This document shows, piece after piece, positions 18,761 to 27,911 of a DNA stretch of 63,375 bases. A program made the translations under genes and the position numbers. Location of the stretch: positions 1 through 63,375 of the forward strand of contig CALVCF010000041.1 in assembly GCA_944325935.1 (NCBI GenBank), given 5' to 3'. Each line of letters begins with the position of its first letter. The stretch's first letter is position 1. This DNA is from an uncultured Erysipelotrichaceae bacterium. GTDB lineage: Bacteria; Bacillota_I; Bacilli_A; Erysipelotrichales; Erysipelotrichaceae. Below the pieces are notes generated by a model. The model was not told the origin of the DNA and made no database searches. It was given only the letters and a program-made list of their open reading frames with translations.

Positions 18761-21133
18761 TTATATCATGCTTTCTTCGATCTTAACTAACTCATGCTCC
18801 ATTTCTTGCATTACATCTTCTAAAGTCCCTGCCTCAAAAGGCGACTTCAGCTGCGCTTCCTTCAAGAGGGTCAAGAAAGGATACATGCCACCTAAGCTGC
18901 AAAGATGGAGATAGTCTTTCCAAGTGTCAGGATCATTCTTTTCTTTCCTCAAGAAGAATTCCATTGCGCATACCTGCGCTAAAGTGTAATCGATGTAGTA
19001 GAAGGGCGAAGAAAAGATATGACCTTGGCGGTAGAAGTAGGCTCCCTTTTCTAATAAGGGCAGCTCTTGATAGTCACGAGCTGGTATATACATTTTCTCA
19101 AGCCTCCTAAAGCAAGCTTTGCGTTCTTGCGGGCTCATTTCTGGATGATGATAGAGCTCATGTTGGAAATGGTCGACAAGCACGCCATAAGGCAAGAAAG
19201 TGATCGTACTGGCCATGTGATGATATTTATATTTATCGGTATCTTCATGATAGAACAGCTCTAGCCAAGGGTAGGCAAAGAATTCCATCGACATCGAATG
19301 GATCTCGCAGGATTCATAAGTCGGCGACTCACATTCCAATACAAGGTCTGGATGGGCCTTGTTGGTGAGATAGGCTTGCAAAGCGTGCCCTGCCTCATGG
19401 CAAAGGACTTCGGTATCGCCGGTCGTGCCGTTAAAGTTAGAGTAGATAAAAGGCACCTTGTAGTCATAGATCGTCGTGCAAAAACCACCCATGTCCTTAT
19501 TGGGTTTAGTCTCAAGGTCGAAGAGTTCCATTTCGACCATCATATCAAAGAACTCTCCCGTCTCTTTAGACATCTCTTGATACATCTTCTGCGCCTTTTG
19601 CACCAGTTCCTTGCTGCTGCCTTGTGGTTTAGGGTTGCCATCAGGGAATTCAAAGCCCATATCCCAGGCATTGAGCTTGTCCTTATGGATCCTTCTGGCT
19701 TGTGAAGCATAGATCTTATTGCATAGAGACACTACATTTTTTAAGATCGCCTCGCGATACAATGCGACCTCTTCTTCCCCATAGTCAAGGCGGTTCATGC
19801 GCAAATAGCCCATTTCGACATAGTCTTTAAACCCGAGCTTCTTGGCCATCTGATCGCGCACTTTGACTAGTTCTCCCAAGATGCGGTCAAATTCCGCTTC
19901 ATTTTCTTCATAGAAACGGGTTTGAGCCATTAAAGCTTCTTTTCTGGTCGTTTCATCGGGATCATTGATCTTGGTGGCGATGGAAGCTAGATTATAGGTC
20001 TCTCCCTCAAATTCGATCTTCGCACTGGCTTTGAGCTTGGCATATTCACTTGAAAGCCTGTTTTCTTTTTGCAGATCTTCGATGATTGCTTCGCTGAAGA
20101 TCTTAGTTGCGTTTTCAGCAAAAGCGAAATAAGGAGCGGGTATATCTAAGCTGGCGCGGTCCGGATAAGCCAAAGCGATCTTAGCCAGCTCATTTTCAAA
20201 GACCTGCAACAAAGGCAGGGTCTCATCCCAATAATCCTGTTCCCCAGCATAATACTCATCCTTGGTATTAACGAGGTGGCGGATCTCGCATAGCGTCGTC
20301 ATCGTATAGATATGACCGCGATAAGTATTGATCTGATTAAAGGTTTCCATAAAATCCCCAGGATCTTTAGCTTCTTTTAATTTCCCCAAAAGCTCTTGAT
20401 AGCCTTTGGCCATCTCATCATAATTTAAATGTTCATACTTAAAATCTTTAAATTTCATCTGACATATTCCTTTCACTGTGATCAAAGCCAAATACAGGCC
20501 CATGGCCCCCGGCGCAAAGATCGCGCTGGGCAAGACGTCTTTGCGTGTACCATCATTATAAGGCAAAGGAGCCTCGTCGATATAGACAACATCTACTTTA
20601 TAACTAGTTTTTTTGAAATGCTGGCGCAAGATCTTGGCCAAGGGATCATTGCGAGTCTTATCGATCGTAGTATGTTTAAGCTGGCTAAAGTCCAAACGGC
20701 GGGCACTGCCCAAGGCGCTGATACATTTAAAGCCCTTTTGGTGAGCCCAGGTGATCAAATAGATCTTGCTTTTTAGATGGTCGATACAATCAATGACATA
20801 ATCAAAGACGACATCAAGGTCAAAACCTTCGGCGATATAACGATCAAGCGCCACGACCTTGCAATGTGAGATCGCTTCGATCCTCTTTTTTAATACTTCG
20901 ACTTTCTTTTGGCCGATGTTGTCAAAACTTGTCATCAGTTGACGATTGAGATTAGAGGCTTCGATCACGTCATAGTCGACGATATATAATTCGCCGACAC
21001 CGCTTCTGGCCAAGGCCTCGGCCACAAAAGATCCAACTCCGCCCACACCGCAGATCAAGACCCGGGCCTTAGCTAATCGATGCAGTTTGTTTTCCCCGAT
21101 CAGGAGTGCGGTTCTAAGCAGTGCTTCTTCCAT
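18761..21133 (-). CDS. Single 790-aa ORF: N-terminal ThiF/TcdA-like E1 dehydratase domain (aa 1-225) continuous with an M3B oligoendopeptidase-F-like domain (aa 226-790)
   Basis: LICGVGGVGSFVAEALARSGVGELYIVDYD (Rossmann/ThiF) at the N-terminus. HEAGH zincin motif (LCHEAGHALQ) in the C-terminal part. An internal ATG at 20458 is preceded by AAAGGAA. Confidence 0.75.
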   Translation of the reverse strand: MEEALLRTALLIGENKLHRLAKARVLICGVGGVGSFVAEALARSGVGELYIVDYDVIEASNLNRQLMTSFDNIGQKKVEVLKKRIEAISHCKVVALDRYIAEGFDLDVVFDYVIDCIDHLKSKIYLITWAHQKGFKCISALGSARRLDFSQLKHTTIDKTRNDPLAKILRQHFKKTSYKVDVVYIDEAPLPYNDGTRKDVLPSAIFAPGAMGLYLALITVKGICQMKFKDFKYEHLNYDEMAKGYQELLGKLKEAKDPGDFMETFNQINTYRGHIYTMTTLCEIRHLVNTKDEYYAGEQDYWDETLPLLQVFENELAKIALAYPDRASLDIPAPYFAFAENATKIFSEAIIEDLQKENRLSSEYAKLKASAKIEFEGETYNLASIATKINDPDETTRKEALMAQTRFYEENEAEFDRILGELVKVRDQMAKKLGFKDYVEMGYLRMNRLDYGEEEVALYREAILKNVVSLCNKIYASQARRIHKDKLNAWDMGFEFPDGNPKPQGSSKELVQKAQKMYQEMSKETGEFFDMMVEMELFDLETKPNKDMGGFCTTIYDYKVPFIYSNFNGTTGDTEVLCHEAGHALQAYLTNKAHPDLVLECESPTYESCEIHSMSMEFFAYPWLELFYHEDTDKYKYHHMASTITFLPYGVLVDHFQHELYHHPEMSPQERKACFRRLEKMYIPARDYQELPLLEKGAYFYRQGHIFSSPFYYIDYTLAQVCAMEFFLRKEKNDPDTWKDYLHLCSLGGMYPFLTLLKEAQLKSPFEAGTLEDVMQEMEHELVKIEESMI

Positions 21134-22016
21134 CTAGCCACCCTTGTACCCTTTCTAAAATATGCTCATAACTTTCATCATAGGTGATCCATTCGACCTT
21201 GAGCTGATGTCTAAGCCAGGTGTACTGCCTTTTTGCGAAATTATGCGAATCACTTTTGATCTTGGCAATAACCTCATCTAAAGTTTTCTCTTGATCGAAA
21301 TAAGCCTTAAATTCCCGATAACCAATACCCTTCATCGCTTGATCATCGAAACTGACGCCTTTTTTCAAAAGCTCCTCCACTTCCTTTAATAAACCCGCTT
21401 TTATCATCTGATCGATACGCTCGTCGATCCTTTGATATAGTTGATCTCTTGGCATATCCAAAGCCAGGATCAAGGCATCATACAGAGCCTTTTGGGTCTT
21501 ATTAAAGCTGAGCGGCATCTTATTCTTCTCATAATAATTCAAAGCCCTTAAAACGCGGCGCCGGTTATTGGGATGGATCTTCAAAGCACTGACCGGATCA
21601 ATTTTTTCGAGCATTTGGTGTAGGCTAAAATCGTCAATATCATCATAAGTCTTAGAGGCTCCCTCTTCTGTCTTAAATTCATAATCATAGATCAAGGCCT
21701 TGATATAAAGGCCTGTGCCCCCGCAAAGAATTGGTAAAGATCCTCTTTGATCAATATCTTCCAGCGCTTCGCGACCCATTTTTTGAAACTCATAGACCGA
21801 ATAAGTATCCCCGGGGTCTTTGATGTCGATCAAATGATGCCTGACGCCCTCCATCTCTTCTTCTTTGATCTTGCCCGAGCCAATATCAAGACCGCGATAG
21901 ACCTGGATGCTGTCGCCGGAAATAATCTCGCCATTTAGATCCTTAGCTAATTTAACGGCCAATGCACTTTTGCCCGAAGCTGTTGCCCCGGCAATAACTA
22001 AGACTTTTTTATTCAT
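21114..22016 (-). CDS. miaA: tRNA dimethylallyltransferase
   Basis: VIAGATASGKSALAV...ISGDSIQVYRGLDIGSGK. Confidence 0.9.
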   Translation of the reverse strand: MNKKVLVIAGATASGKSALAVKLAKDLNGEIISGDSIQVYRGLDIGSGKIKEEEMEGVRHHLIDIKDPGDTYSVYEFQKMGREALEDIDQRGSLPILCGGTGLYIKALIYDYEFKTEEGASKTYDDIDDFSLHQMLEKIDPVSALKIHPNNRRRVLRALNYYEKNKMPLSFNKTQKALYDALILALDMPRDQLYQRIDERIDQMIKAGLLKEVEELLKKGVSFDDQAMKGIGYREFKAYFDQEKTLDEVIAKIKSDSHNFAKRQYTWLRHQLKVEWITYDESYEHILERVQGWLDGRSTA

Positions 22017-22132
22017 AAGAACATTCTATCATCTTTTAATTGTTCACATCTTAACCTTTTATCTTTAAATAATATTAAATTATTATTAATTTTATGTTAA
22101 ATTACAGTTGAATCACGTTAGGGGGATAGTTT

Positions 22133-23770
22133 ATGACTTTCGCTGATATTCAATGGGGCCAATTCTTAGGCGGCCTCGGTCTCTTCCTTTTCGGTATCGT
22201 CTTAATGGGCGATGGCTTGAAATCGTTTGCCGGAGACAAATTACGGGTATATATCGACAAATATACATCCAAACCTTGGCAGGGTCTTATTATTGGAACG
22301 GTAATGACCGCTGTCATTCAATCATCTAGTGCTACCACTGCGATCTGTATCGGTTTTGTCCGTGCAGGTCTTATGTCGCTTGAACAATCGGCCGGCATCA
22401 TTATCGGTGCCAATATCGGAACGACAATCACCGCTTTTTTAATTGGTTTAAATGTCGATGCGATCGCTGTCTACCTCATCTTTATCGGCGCTTTTGCCCT
22501 CATGTTTGTGTCAAAAAAGAAAAGTCAGGATATCGCCCGCATTTTAGTCGGTTTCGGTATCCTTTTCTATTCTTTGACCGTCATGTCCGATACCTTGAGC
22601 AAGCTGGCCGAAGTTCCTGAATTTATCGCCTTTGCGGAAAGCTGTGCCCGCAATCCTTTCATCGGCTTGTTTGGCGGCATCATCCTGACAATGGCAATGC
22701 AGTCTTCTTCTGCTTCGATCGGCATCATCCAGCTCTTCTATGAGACCGGAGCGATCTCTTTTATTGGGGTCATTCCCTTCCTTTACGGTGCCAATATCGG
22801 AACGACTATTACAGCGATCCTCGCTTCAATCGGCGGTAATATCTCCGCTATCAGAGCGGCCGTTCTCCATACGACTTTCAACGTCATCGGCACGATCATC
22901 GGTATGGTTCTACTGTATCCGCTATACGATCTTATGATCTATTTGACAAACACCTTTGGTGTAGCTCCGATGATGCAGATCGCCATTACCCATATCTTAT
23001 TCAATGTGACGACCACAATTGTCGTCTTCCCCTTTATCAAACAACTCTGCGCCTTCATCCGCAAGATCGTACCCGGTCAAGAGCCCAAGCGCCTATCGAT
23101 CGATGTCAACGAACTCGATCCCAGGAACTTCCCTATCACTGCCGGTGCCCTTTCAGTCGCCTATAAATCTTTAGTACAGCTAAAAGAAGTCGTCTATGAT
23201 AATTTAAAAGCGACTGAAGAATATCTCAATGCTAAAGAGAACGACACTGAGGAGTTGGAAAACATCAAAGAAAGAGAAGGCGCGATCAATAAACTCGATC
23301 ATGCGATCACCAATTTCTTGACCAATCTATCAAGCGATCAGATGAGCCAGGATTCTGCCGACGATGTCTCGCTGTATCTGGAAGTCGCTAAAAACCTCGA
23401 AAGAATCGGCGATTTAAGCATTAATGTCGCTGAATTTGCGGAAATGGTCCACGAAGATGACGATCACTTCACCCCGCAAGCCTATAGCGAGCTAAATGAT
23501 ATGTTTGCCAAATTATATCTCATGCTGGAAGAAGCATTTGAGTACCTCACAAACAATAATGTCGATGATTATGAAAGGATCATCGTTCACGAGTCAGAAC
23601 TTGACAAATTAGAATACGAGGCGCGTAAAAATCATTTCAAGCGCATGGTCAAGAAGGAATGTACAGGCGCTGTTGCCTCTTCGGTCTATGCCGATATGTT
23701 ATCTAATCTGGAAAGAATGGGCGATCATTGTTGCAACATTGCCCGCTATTCATTCGAACACCGCAACTAG
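22133..23770 (+). CDS. Na+/phosphate cotransporter family protein with C-terminal PhoU-like domains
   Basis: Duplicated QSSSATT / QSSSASI motifs in a polytopic N-terminal part. The helical C-terminal part has LERIGD / LERMGDH repeats. Confidence 0.85.
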   Translation: MTFADIQWGQFLGGLGLFLFGIVLMGDGLKSFAGDKLRVYIDKYTSKPWQGLIIGTVMTAVIQSSSATTAICIGFVRAGLMSLEQSAGIIIGANIGTTITAFLIGLNVDAIAVYLIFIGAFALMFVSKKKSQDIARILVGFGILFYSLTVMSDTLSKLAEVPEFIAFAESCARNPFIGLFGGIILTMAMQSSSASIGIIQLFYETGAISFIGVIPFLYGANIGTTITAILASIGGNISAIRAAVLHTTFNVIGTIIGMVLLYPLYDLMIYLTNTFGVAPMMQIAITHILFNVTTTIVVFPFIKQLCAFIRKIVPGQEPKRLSIDVNELDPRNFPITAGALSVAYKSLVQLKEVVYDNLKATEEYLNAKENDTEELENIKEREGAINKLDHAITNFLTNLSSDQMSQDSADDVSLYLEVAKNLERIGDLSINVAEFAEMVHEDDDHFTPQAYSELNDMFAKLYLMLEEAFEYLTNNNVDDYERIIVHESELDKLEYEARKNHFKRMVKKECTGAVASSVYADMLSNLERMGDHCCNIARYSFEHRN

Positions 23771-23796
23771 AAAGGGAGCGTCAAGCTCCTTTTTAA
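23771..23796 (+). terminator. Rho-independent terminator
   Basis: Stem gggagc/gctcct, loop gtcaa, then TTTTT. It lies directly after the stop codon. Confidence 0.6.
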
Positions 23797-23973
23797 TTAT
23801 TTAAAATAAACTTGCATGGAAAGATCAAAGATACTTGAGGCAAGTTTTGGCTAACAGGCGTTGCCAGCCATATTTCAAGCATTAAAGCGTCATTTTATTC
23901 GGTTTTTTCTAGGATCGAACTTTTCCTTTCATTTTGTTATAATTTATGTGTGGAAAGGATGAGACACTAATAT

Positions 23974-24291
23974 ATGACAGAGAAGATTTATAACATAGAT
24001 GAAATAAGATCAATTTCTAAAAGTATCTTTAGTCAATACCCCAATATTATTAGGGCTTATCTTTTCGGATCTTATGCCAGGAATGAGCAAACCAAAGAAA
24101 GCGACTTAGATTTTATGATCGTGCTTAATTCATACGAAACGAAGCTAAAGAAAAAAACGTATGAGGTAGGAGTTGACCTTGAGGATATTTTCGATAAACA
24201 AGTGGATATTATCACCGAAGAAAACGCAGCCAAAATAATGTCCAAAAACATGGAAAGAGATAAGGTGTTGGTGTATGAACGATCTAACTAA
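23974..24291 (+). CDS. mntA: Minimal nucleotidyltransferase (MNT/MntA-type antitoxin)
   Basis: LFGSYARNEQTKESDLDFMIV matches the GSxxRxxxxxxSDxD polymerase-beta NTase motif. It is 105 aa and overlaps the next gene by 17 nt. Confidence 0.8.
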   Translation: MTEKIYNIDEIRSISKSIFSQYPNIIRAYLFGSYARNEQTKESDLDFMIVLNSYETKLKKKTYEVGVDLEDIFDKQVDIITEENAAKIMSKNMERDKVLVYERSN

Positions 24292-24748
24292 ATTTAAATA
24301 TGAACTTGCTAGAATTTATGAACACTGCAATGATATTTTAGATTTTGTCAAAAGATGTGACTACGATTATGATTTGCTGACAAGAGATAAAATGGCATAT
24401 AAAGCTTGTCTGATGTCTTTGTCACAAATTGGAGAGCATTGTGTGAGACTTAGAAAAAATAATAATCCTTATGCAGACAAAGTAGATATACCTTACAAGA
24501 GTATAATTATGGTTCGTAATATAATTACTCATGGCTACTCGCAAGTCGATAAGGATATATTTAAAGATATTGTCAAAGATGATATACCCCATCTTTTAAA
24601 AGTCATCAAGGCGCAAGTCAAACAAGAAGTTCTCGATGATCCTTACCAACTTTATGAGATCGAATACGATAGTCTTGAGGTTGAGCCAAATGATAATATC
24701 ATCAAGCAGGAAGAAAAGGATCAGTCTAAGATTCAAAAACCAAAATAA
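24275..24748 (+). CDS. hepT: HEPN-domain (DUF86/HepT-type) toxin
   Basis: RNIITHGY matches the Rx4HxY HEPN RNase motif. It is paired with the upstream MNT gene. Confidence 0.8.
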   Translation: MNDLTKFKYELARIYEHCNDILDFVKRCDYDYDLLTRDKMAYKACLMSLSQIGEHCVRLRKNNNPYADKVDIPYKSIIMVRNIITHGYSQVDKDIFKDIVKDDIPHLLKVIKAQVKQEVLDDPYQLYEIEYDSLEVEPNDNIIKQEEKDQSKIQKPK

Positions 24749-24840
24749 CATCTTAAGATGTGATAGTAAATCATTGTATAGTCATTGCATAATCGGCCTT
24801 AATCAGTCGATTTTTTCATTCTACAAGAAAGGGAAAATAA

Positions 24841-24960
24841 ATGGAAAAGAAAAACAAAATTGAAATCTTCTATGACATATATGGGATCTTAGAAGATGAA
24901 GCAGCTAAATTAAACGAAGCTCCCGATGAGGTGATCGAGTATGAAATTAAACAAAGCTAG
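24841..24960 (+). CDS. Small acidic hypothetical protein (39 aa)
   Basis: The ATG is preceded by AAAGGGAAA. It overlaps the ArdC-like start by 20 nt. No homology recognised. Confidence 0.3.
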   Translation: MEKKNKIEIFYDIYGILEDEAAKLNEAPDEVIEYEIKQS

Positions 24961-25847
24961 AGAAGATCTTATTAATGAGTACAAGAAAGCCCTAAGCGAA
25001 GACAGGTTGCCATGGCATAGTGGAATACTTGTCAGACCTCCATACAACGCCACAAACGGTGTGGCGTATAAAGGCGTCAATCGTATAAACTTGTCTTTAG
25101 CATCTTATGAACTAAAGACTGATAATCCAAGATGGCTAACTTTTAAACAAGCTGATGACCTAGGTTATCGTGTTAAAAAAGGAGCTAAAAGCACACCGAT
25201 CGAATACTGGTCGCTATACGATCAAAAGAATGGTGTAAATATTTCGATTGCTGAAGCTAAAGAAATCATCAAAAATAATCCAGAACGCCAAGAAGACATT
25301 GTTCCAAGATCTAGAGTATACCGTGTCTTTAATGCGACACAGATCGAAGATATAGAACCCTATAAGAATCTGTCTCGAGACGTCATAGAGAATGATATTG
25401 ATGAGTATATCGGGGAGCTTCAAAAAGGTATGGGCGTCACACTTTATAAAGAGAGCGTTCACACCGCTTATTATTCTTTATCGGATGATAGCGTCCATAT
25501 CCCGCCTAAAGAGCTGTTTGATAGCGACTATAACTATGACTCAACTCTTTTGCATGAGCTGGGCCATGCTACCGGTCATCCTTCAAGACTCGATCGCAAT
25601 ATCAAAGGGAGCTATGACGCCATAAATTACGCTAAAGAGGAATTAAGAGCTGAGATCGCCTCGAGCATTATGTGCCAGGATCTGGGCATAGAATTATCTT
25701 CTGAACATATAAACAATCACAAGCCTATATTCAATCTTGGATCGAAGTATTGGACACTGATCCTAATGAACTTTTTAGGGCGATCAAAGATGCCGAGAAG
25801 ATCACATCTTATATGAAAGAGATCGCTCCGATAAAATTAGATCTTTA
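24941..25847 (+). pseudogene. ardC: ArdC-like antirestriction protein (ssDNA-binding N-terminal domain + zincin metallopeptidase domain), interrupted by a -1 frameshift near 25721-25725
   Basis: LPWHSG...NATNGVAYKGVNRINL (DUF1738-type N-domain) and HELGHATGH. After ...EHINNHK the conserved tail AYIQSWIEVLDTDPNELFRAIKDAEKITSYM continues in the +1 frame to a stop at 25845-25847. Confidence 0.7.
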
Positions 25848-26010
25848 AAACGAAACGATCAAAGCTAATGAGAAAAGCATGAATCTATCTAAAAAGAACT
25901 CACTTGTTTTAGGGGGTATGAAGTAGATGGATGATGGCAAGTATTTATACCCGGATCTAAAAAAACAGGCAATCTATTGGGGTCATAGCGTCATTTTATT
26001 CAAAAAATTA

Positions 26011-26039
26011 TTGACATGCGCCTCTTGTTCTTGTATTAT
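26011..26039 (+). promoter_or_regulatory. Sigma-70/SigA-type promoter for the tRNA pair
   Basis: TTGACA (26011-26016), a 17-nt spacer, then TATTAT (26034-26039), about 30 nt upstream of tRNA-Ile. Confidence 0.6.
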
Positions 26040-26069
26040 AAGTGAGCACTTGGTAATTCAAAGCGGTAA

Positions 26070-26147
<78 letters not shown>

Positions 26148-26173
26148 TCTGAATTATCAAGTTGGATATACAT

Positions 26174-26249
26174 GGGGCATTAGCTCAGCTGGGAGAGCAC
26201 CTGCTTTGCAAGCAGGGGGTCAGCGGTTCGATCCCGCTATGCTCCACCA
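26174..26249 (+). tRNA. tRNA-Ala (anticodon UGC), CCA encoded
   Basis: Acceptor ggggcat/atgctcc with the G3:U70 identity pair, anticodon loop ttTGCaa, T-loop ttcgatc. Confidence 0.92.
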
Positions 26250-26283
26250 TTGGCAATAACAGTTATCTGACTGTGCATATATA

Positions 26284-26306
26284 AGCCTTAAGGGCTGTTT
26301 TTTTTA
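26284..26306 (+). terminator. Rho-independent terminator after the tRNA pair
   Basis: Short stem agcc(tt)/(aa)gggct followed by T8. Confidence 0.6.
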
Positions 26307-26321
26307 TGTCAAAATTACTAT

Positions 26322-26345
26322 AAGCCAAAGAGGCTTTTTTATTTT
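26322..26345 (+). terminator. Second, tandem terminator-like hairpin
   Basis: aagcc aaaga ggctt followed by a T-run (ttttttatttt). Confidence 0.45.
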
Positions 26346-26660
26346 GAATTAATTTTGAGCTTTTAAAAATAGGAAAGATCAAGAGTCCTTTGACATCCAT
26401 CATGCCTCTTCTATGATGGAAACCATTGCCACTTTACGTGAAAAATACGATCTTCATATGAGGGTAGAAAGATATATCCAAGACAATAGTGAAATTCCAG
26501 AATCAGATTTAAAGTTCATCAAAAATTAATTAAACATTATGCAAGCACCCTTCTCTTTTAATTGCGAAGGGTTTTATGACAACAAAGGATATTACAGCTA
26601 ATTTTGACACGCCAAATGCTTCAAGCATATTTTATAAACATACTCTTATCTTCTTAAGCA

Positions 26661-26689
26661 TTGACATGCTAATATCTAATTGATATCAT
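26661..26689 (+). promoter_or_regulatory. Putative promoter of the SPFH operon
   Basis: TTGACA (26661-26666) and an extended -10 element TGaTATCAT ending at 26689. AAGGAG RBS at about 26700. Confidence 0.5.
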
Positions 26690-26712
26690 AATAATATCAA
26701 AGGAGATCAAAT

Positions 26713-27714
26713 ATGGAAGAAAAAATACTAACTGGTAAAAAACATGGCATGCTGGCGCTGTTTATCCTTTTTGCCATTATGTTTGGAAGCTTTGCACTTT
26801 TCATCTGTGGCGTCTCTTTAGACGATGGTCTTGGCGTCTTTTTAGCGATCTTGGCGATGATCGTTTTCATCGGTGATATGATCGCATTTGCAGGACTAAA
26901 GATCCTTAGACCGCAAGAAGCTTTAGTCTTGACATTATTTGGTAAATATACAGGAACACTCAAAGGCCCCGGATACTTCTATGTCAATCCGTTTTCAAGT
27001 GCTATCAATCCTGCCCGCAATACACAATTATCGCAAAGCGGCGATGTAAAAAACGGCGATGGTATTCAGATAAGCGGTCAAAGCGTCAAAATATCTAATA
27101 CCAATAAACTCTCGCTCAAAGTCATGACACTTAATAATGCACGCCAAAAGATCAACGACGTCTTAGGCAACCCTGTCGAGATCGGTATCGCCGTCACATG
27201 GCGCATTGTCGATACGGCAAAAGCTGTTTTCAACGTCGATAACTACAAAGAGTTCTTATCACTGATGTGCGATACCGCTTTAAGAGATATTGTCAGGATC
27301 TACCCTTACGATGTCGCAGAAAACATAGATACAACAGGCGATGGCAAAGCAGATGACGGAAGTCTTAGAGGTTCTAGTACCGTAGTAGCCGAGAGGATCA
27401 AAAATAAGATCCAAGAAAGCGTTGATGAAGCTGGGATCGAAATTATCGATGCGCGCATAACCTACCTCGCTTATGCACCCGAGATAGCTGCAGCGATGCT
27501 GCAAAGACAACAAGCCTCAGCCATTATCGATGCACGCAAGATCATTGTCGATGGCGCAGTCGGCATGGTCGAAATGGCGCTTAACAAGCTTAAAGAGGAA
27601 AGCATTATCGAACTTGATGATGAACGTAAGGCGGCTATGGTTTCAAATCTGCTCGTTGTCCTTTGCGGTAACAAAGATGCGCAACCTATCGTCAACTCAG
27701 GCAGCCTATATTGA
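26713..27714 (+). CDS. SPFH/Band-7 (stomatin/prohibitin-like) domain membrane protein
   Basis: Two N-terminal TM helices, then an SPFH core (...LRPQEALVLTLFGKY..., ...AAMLQRQQASAIIDARKIIV...). Confidence 0.85.
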   Translation: MEEKILTGKKHGMLALFILFAIMFGSFALFICGVSLDDGLGVFLAILAMIVFIGDMIAFAGLKILRPQEALVLTLFGKYTGTLKGPGYFYVNPFSSAINPARNTQLSQSGDVKNGDGIQISGQSVKISNTNKLSLKVMTLNNARQKINDVLGNPVEIGIAVTWRIVDTAKAVFNVDNYKEFLSLMCDTALRDIVRIYPYDVAENIDTTGDGKADDGSLRGSSTVVAERIKNKIQESVDEAGIEIIDARITYLAYAPEIAAAMLQRQQASAIIDARKIIVDGAVGMVEMALNKLKEESIIELDDERKAAMVSNLLVVLCGNKDAQPIVNSGSLY

Positions 27715-27911
27715 TGAAAGACGAAAAGAAACAGATACCTTTAAGATTATCTGTTAAACTCTATGAGGCGCTCGCTGCATGGGCAGAAGACGACTTCCGC
27801 AGCATTAACGGCCAGATCGAATATCTGTTGTCAGAATGTGTTAGACAAAGAAAGAAAAACGGCAAATATGTCGGTGAAGAAATAGATAAGCCGCTTGATA
27901 TCGATATTTAA
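27714..27911 (+). CDS. Small ribbon-helix-helix (Arc/MetJ-like) protein, translationally coupled to the SPFH gene
   Basis: KKQIPLRLSVKLYEALAAWAEDDFRSINGQIEYLL follows a beta-strand/helix/helix RHH pattern. The ATG overlaps the SPFH TGA stop (TGATG). Confidence 0.5.
   Translation: MKDEKKQIPLRLSVKLYEALAAWAEDDFRSINGQIEYLLSECVRQRKKNGKYVGEEIDKPLDIDI

Noticed and set aside
22017-22132. Possible riboswitch or leader in the AT-rich divergent region between miaA and the Na/Pi cotransporter gene; also the short gap between tag and pncB (33645-33674)
   Set aside because: I could see no conserved riboswitch core motifs or stable extended helices. The first region is simply AT-rich promoter DNA. The tag-pncB gap is only 30 nt.
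26575-26682. 35-codon ORF MTTKDITANFDTPNASS... upstream of the SPFH gene
   Set aside because: It has no RBS, overlaps the putative SPFH promoter and has no recognisable features. I treated it as noise.
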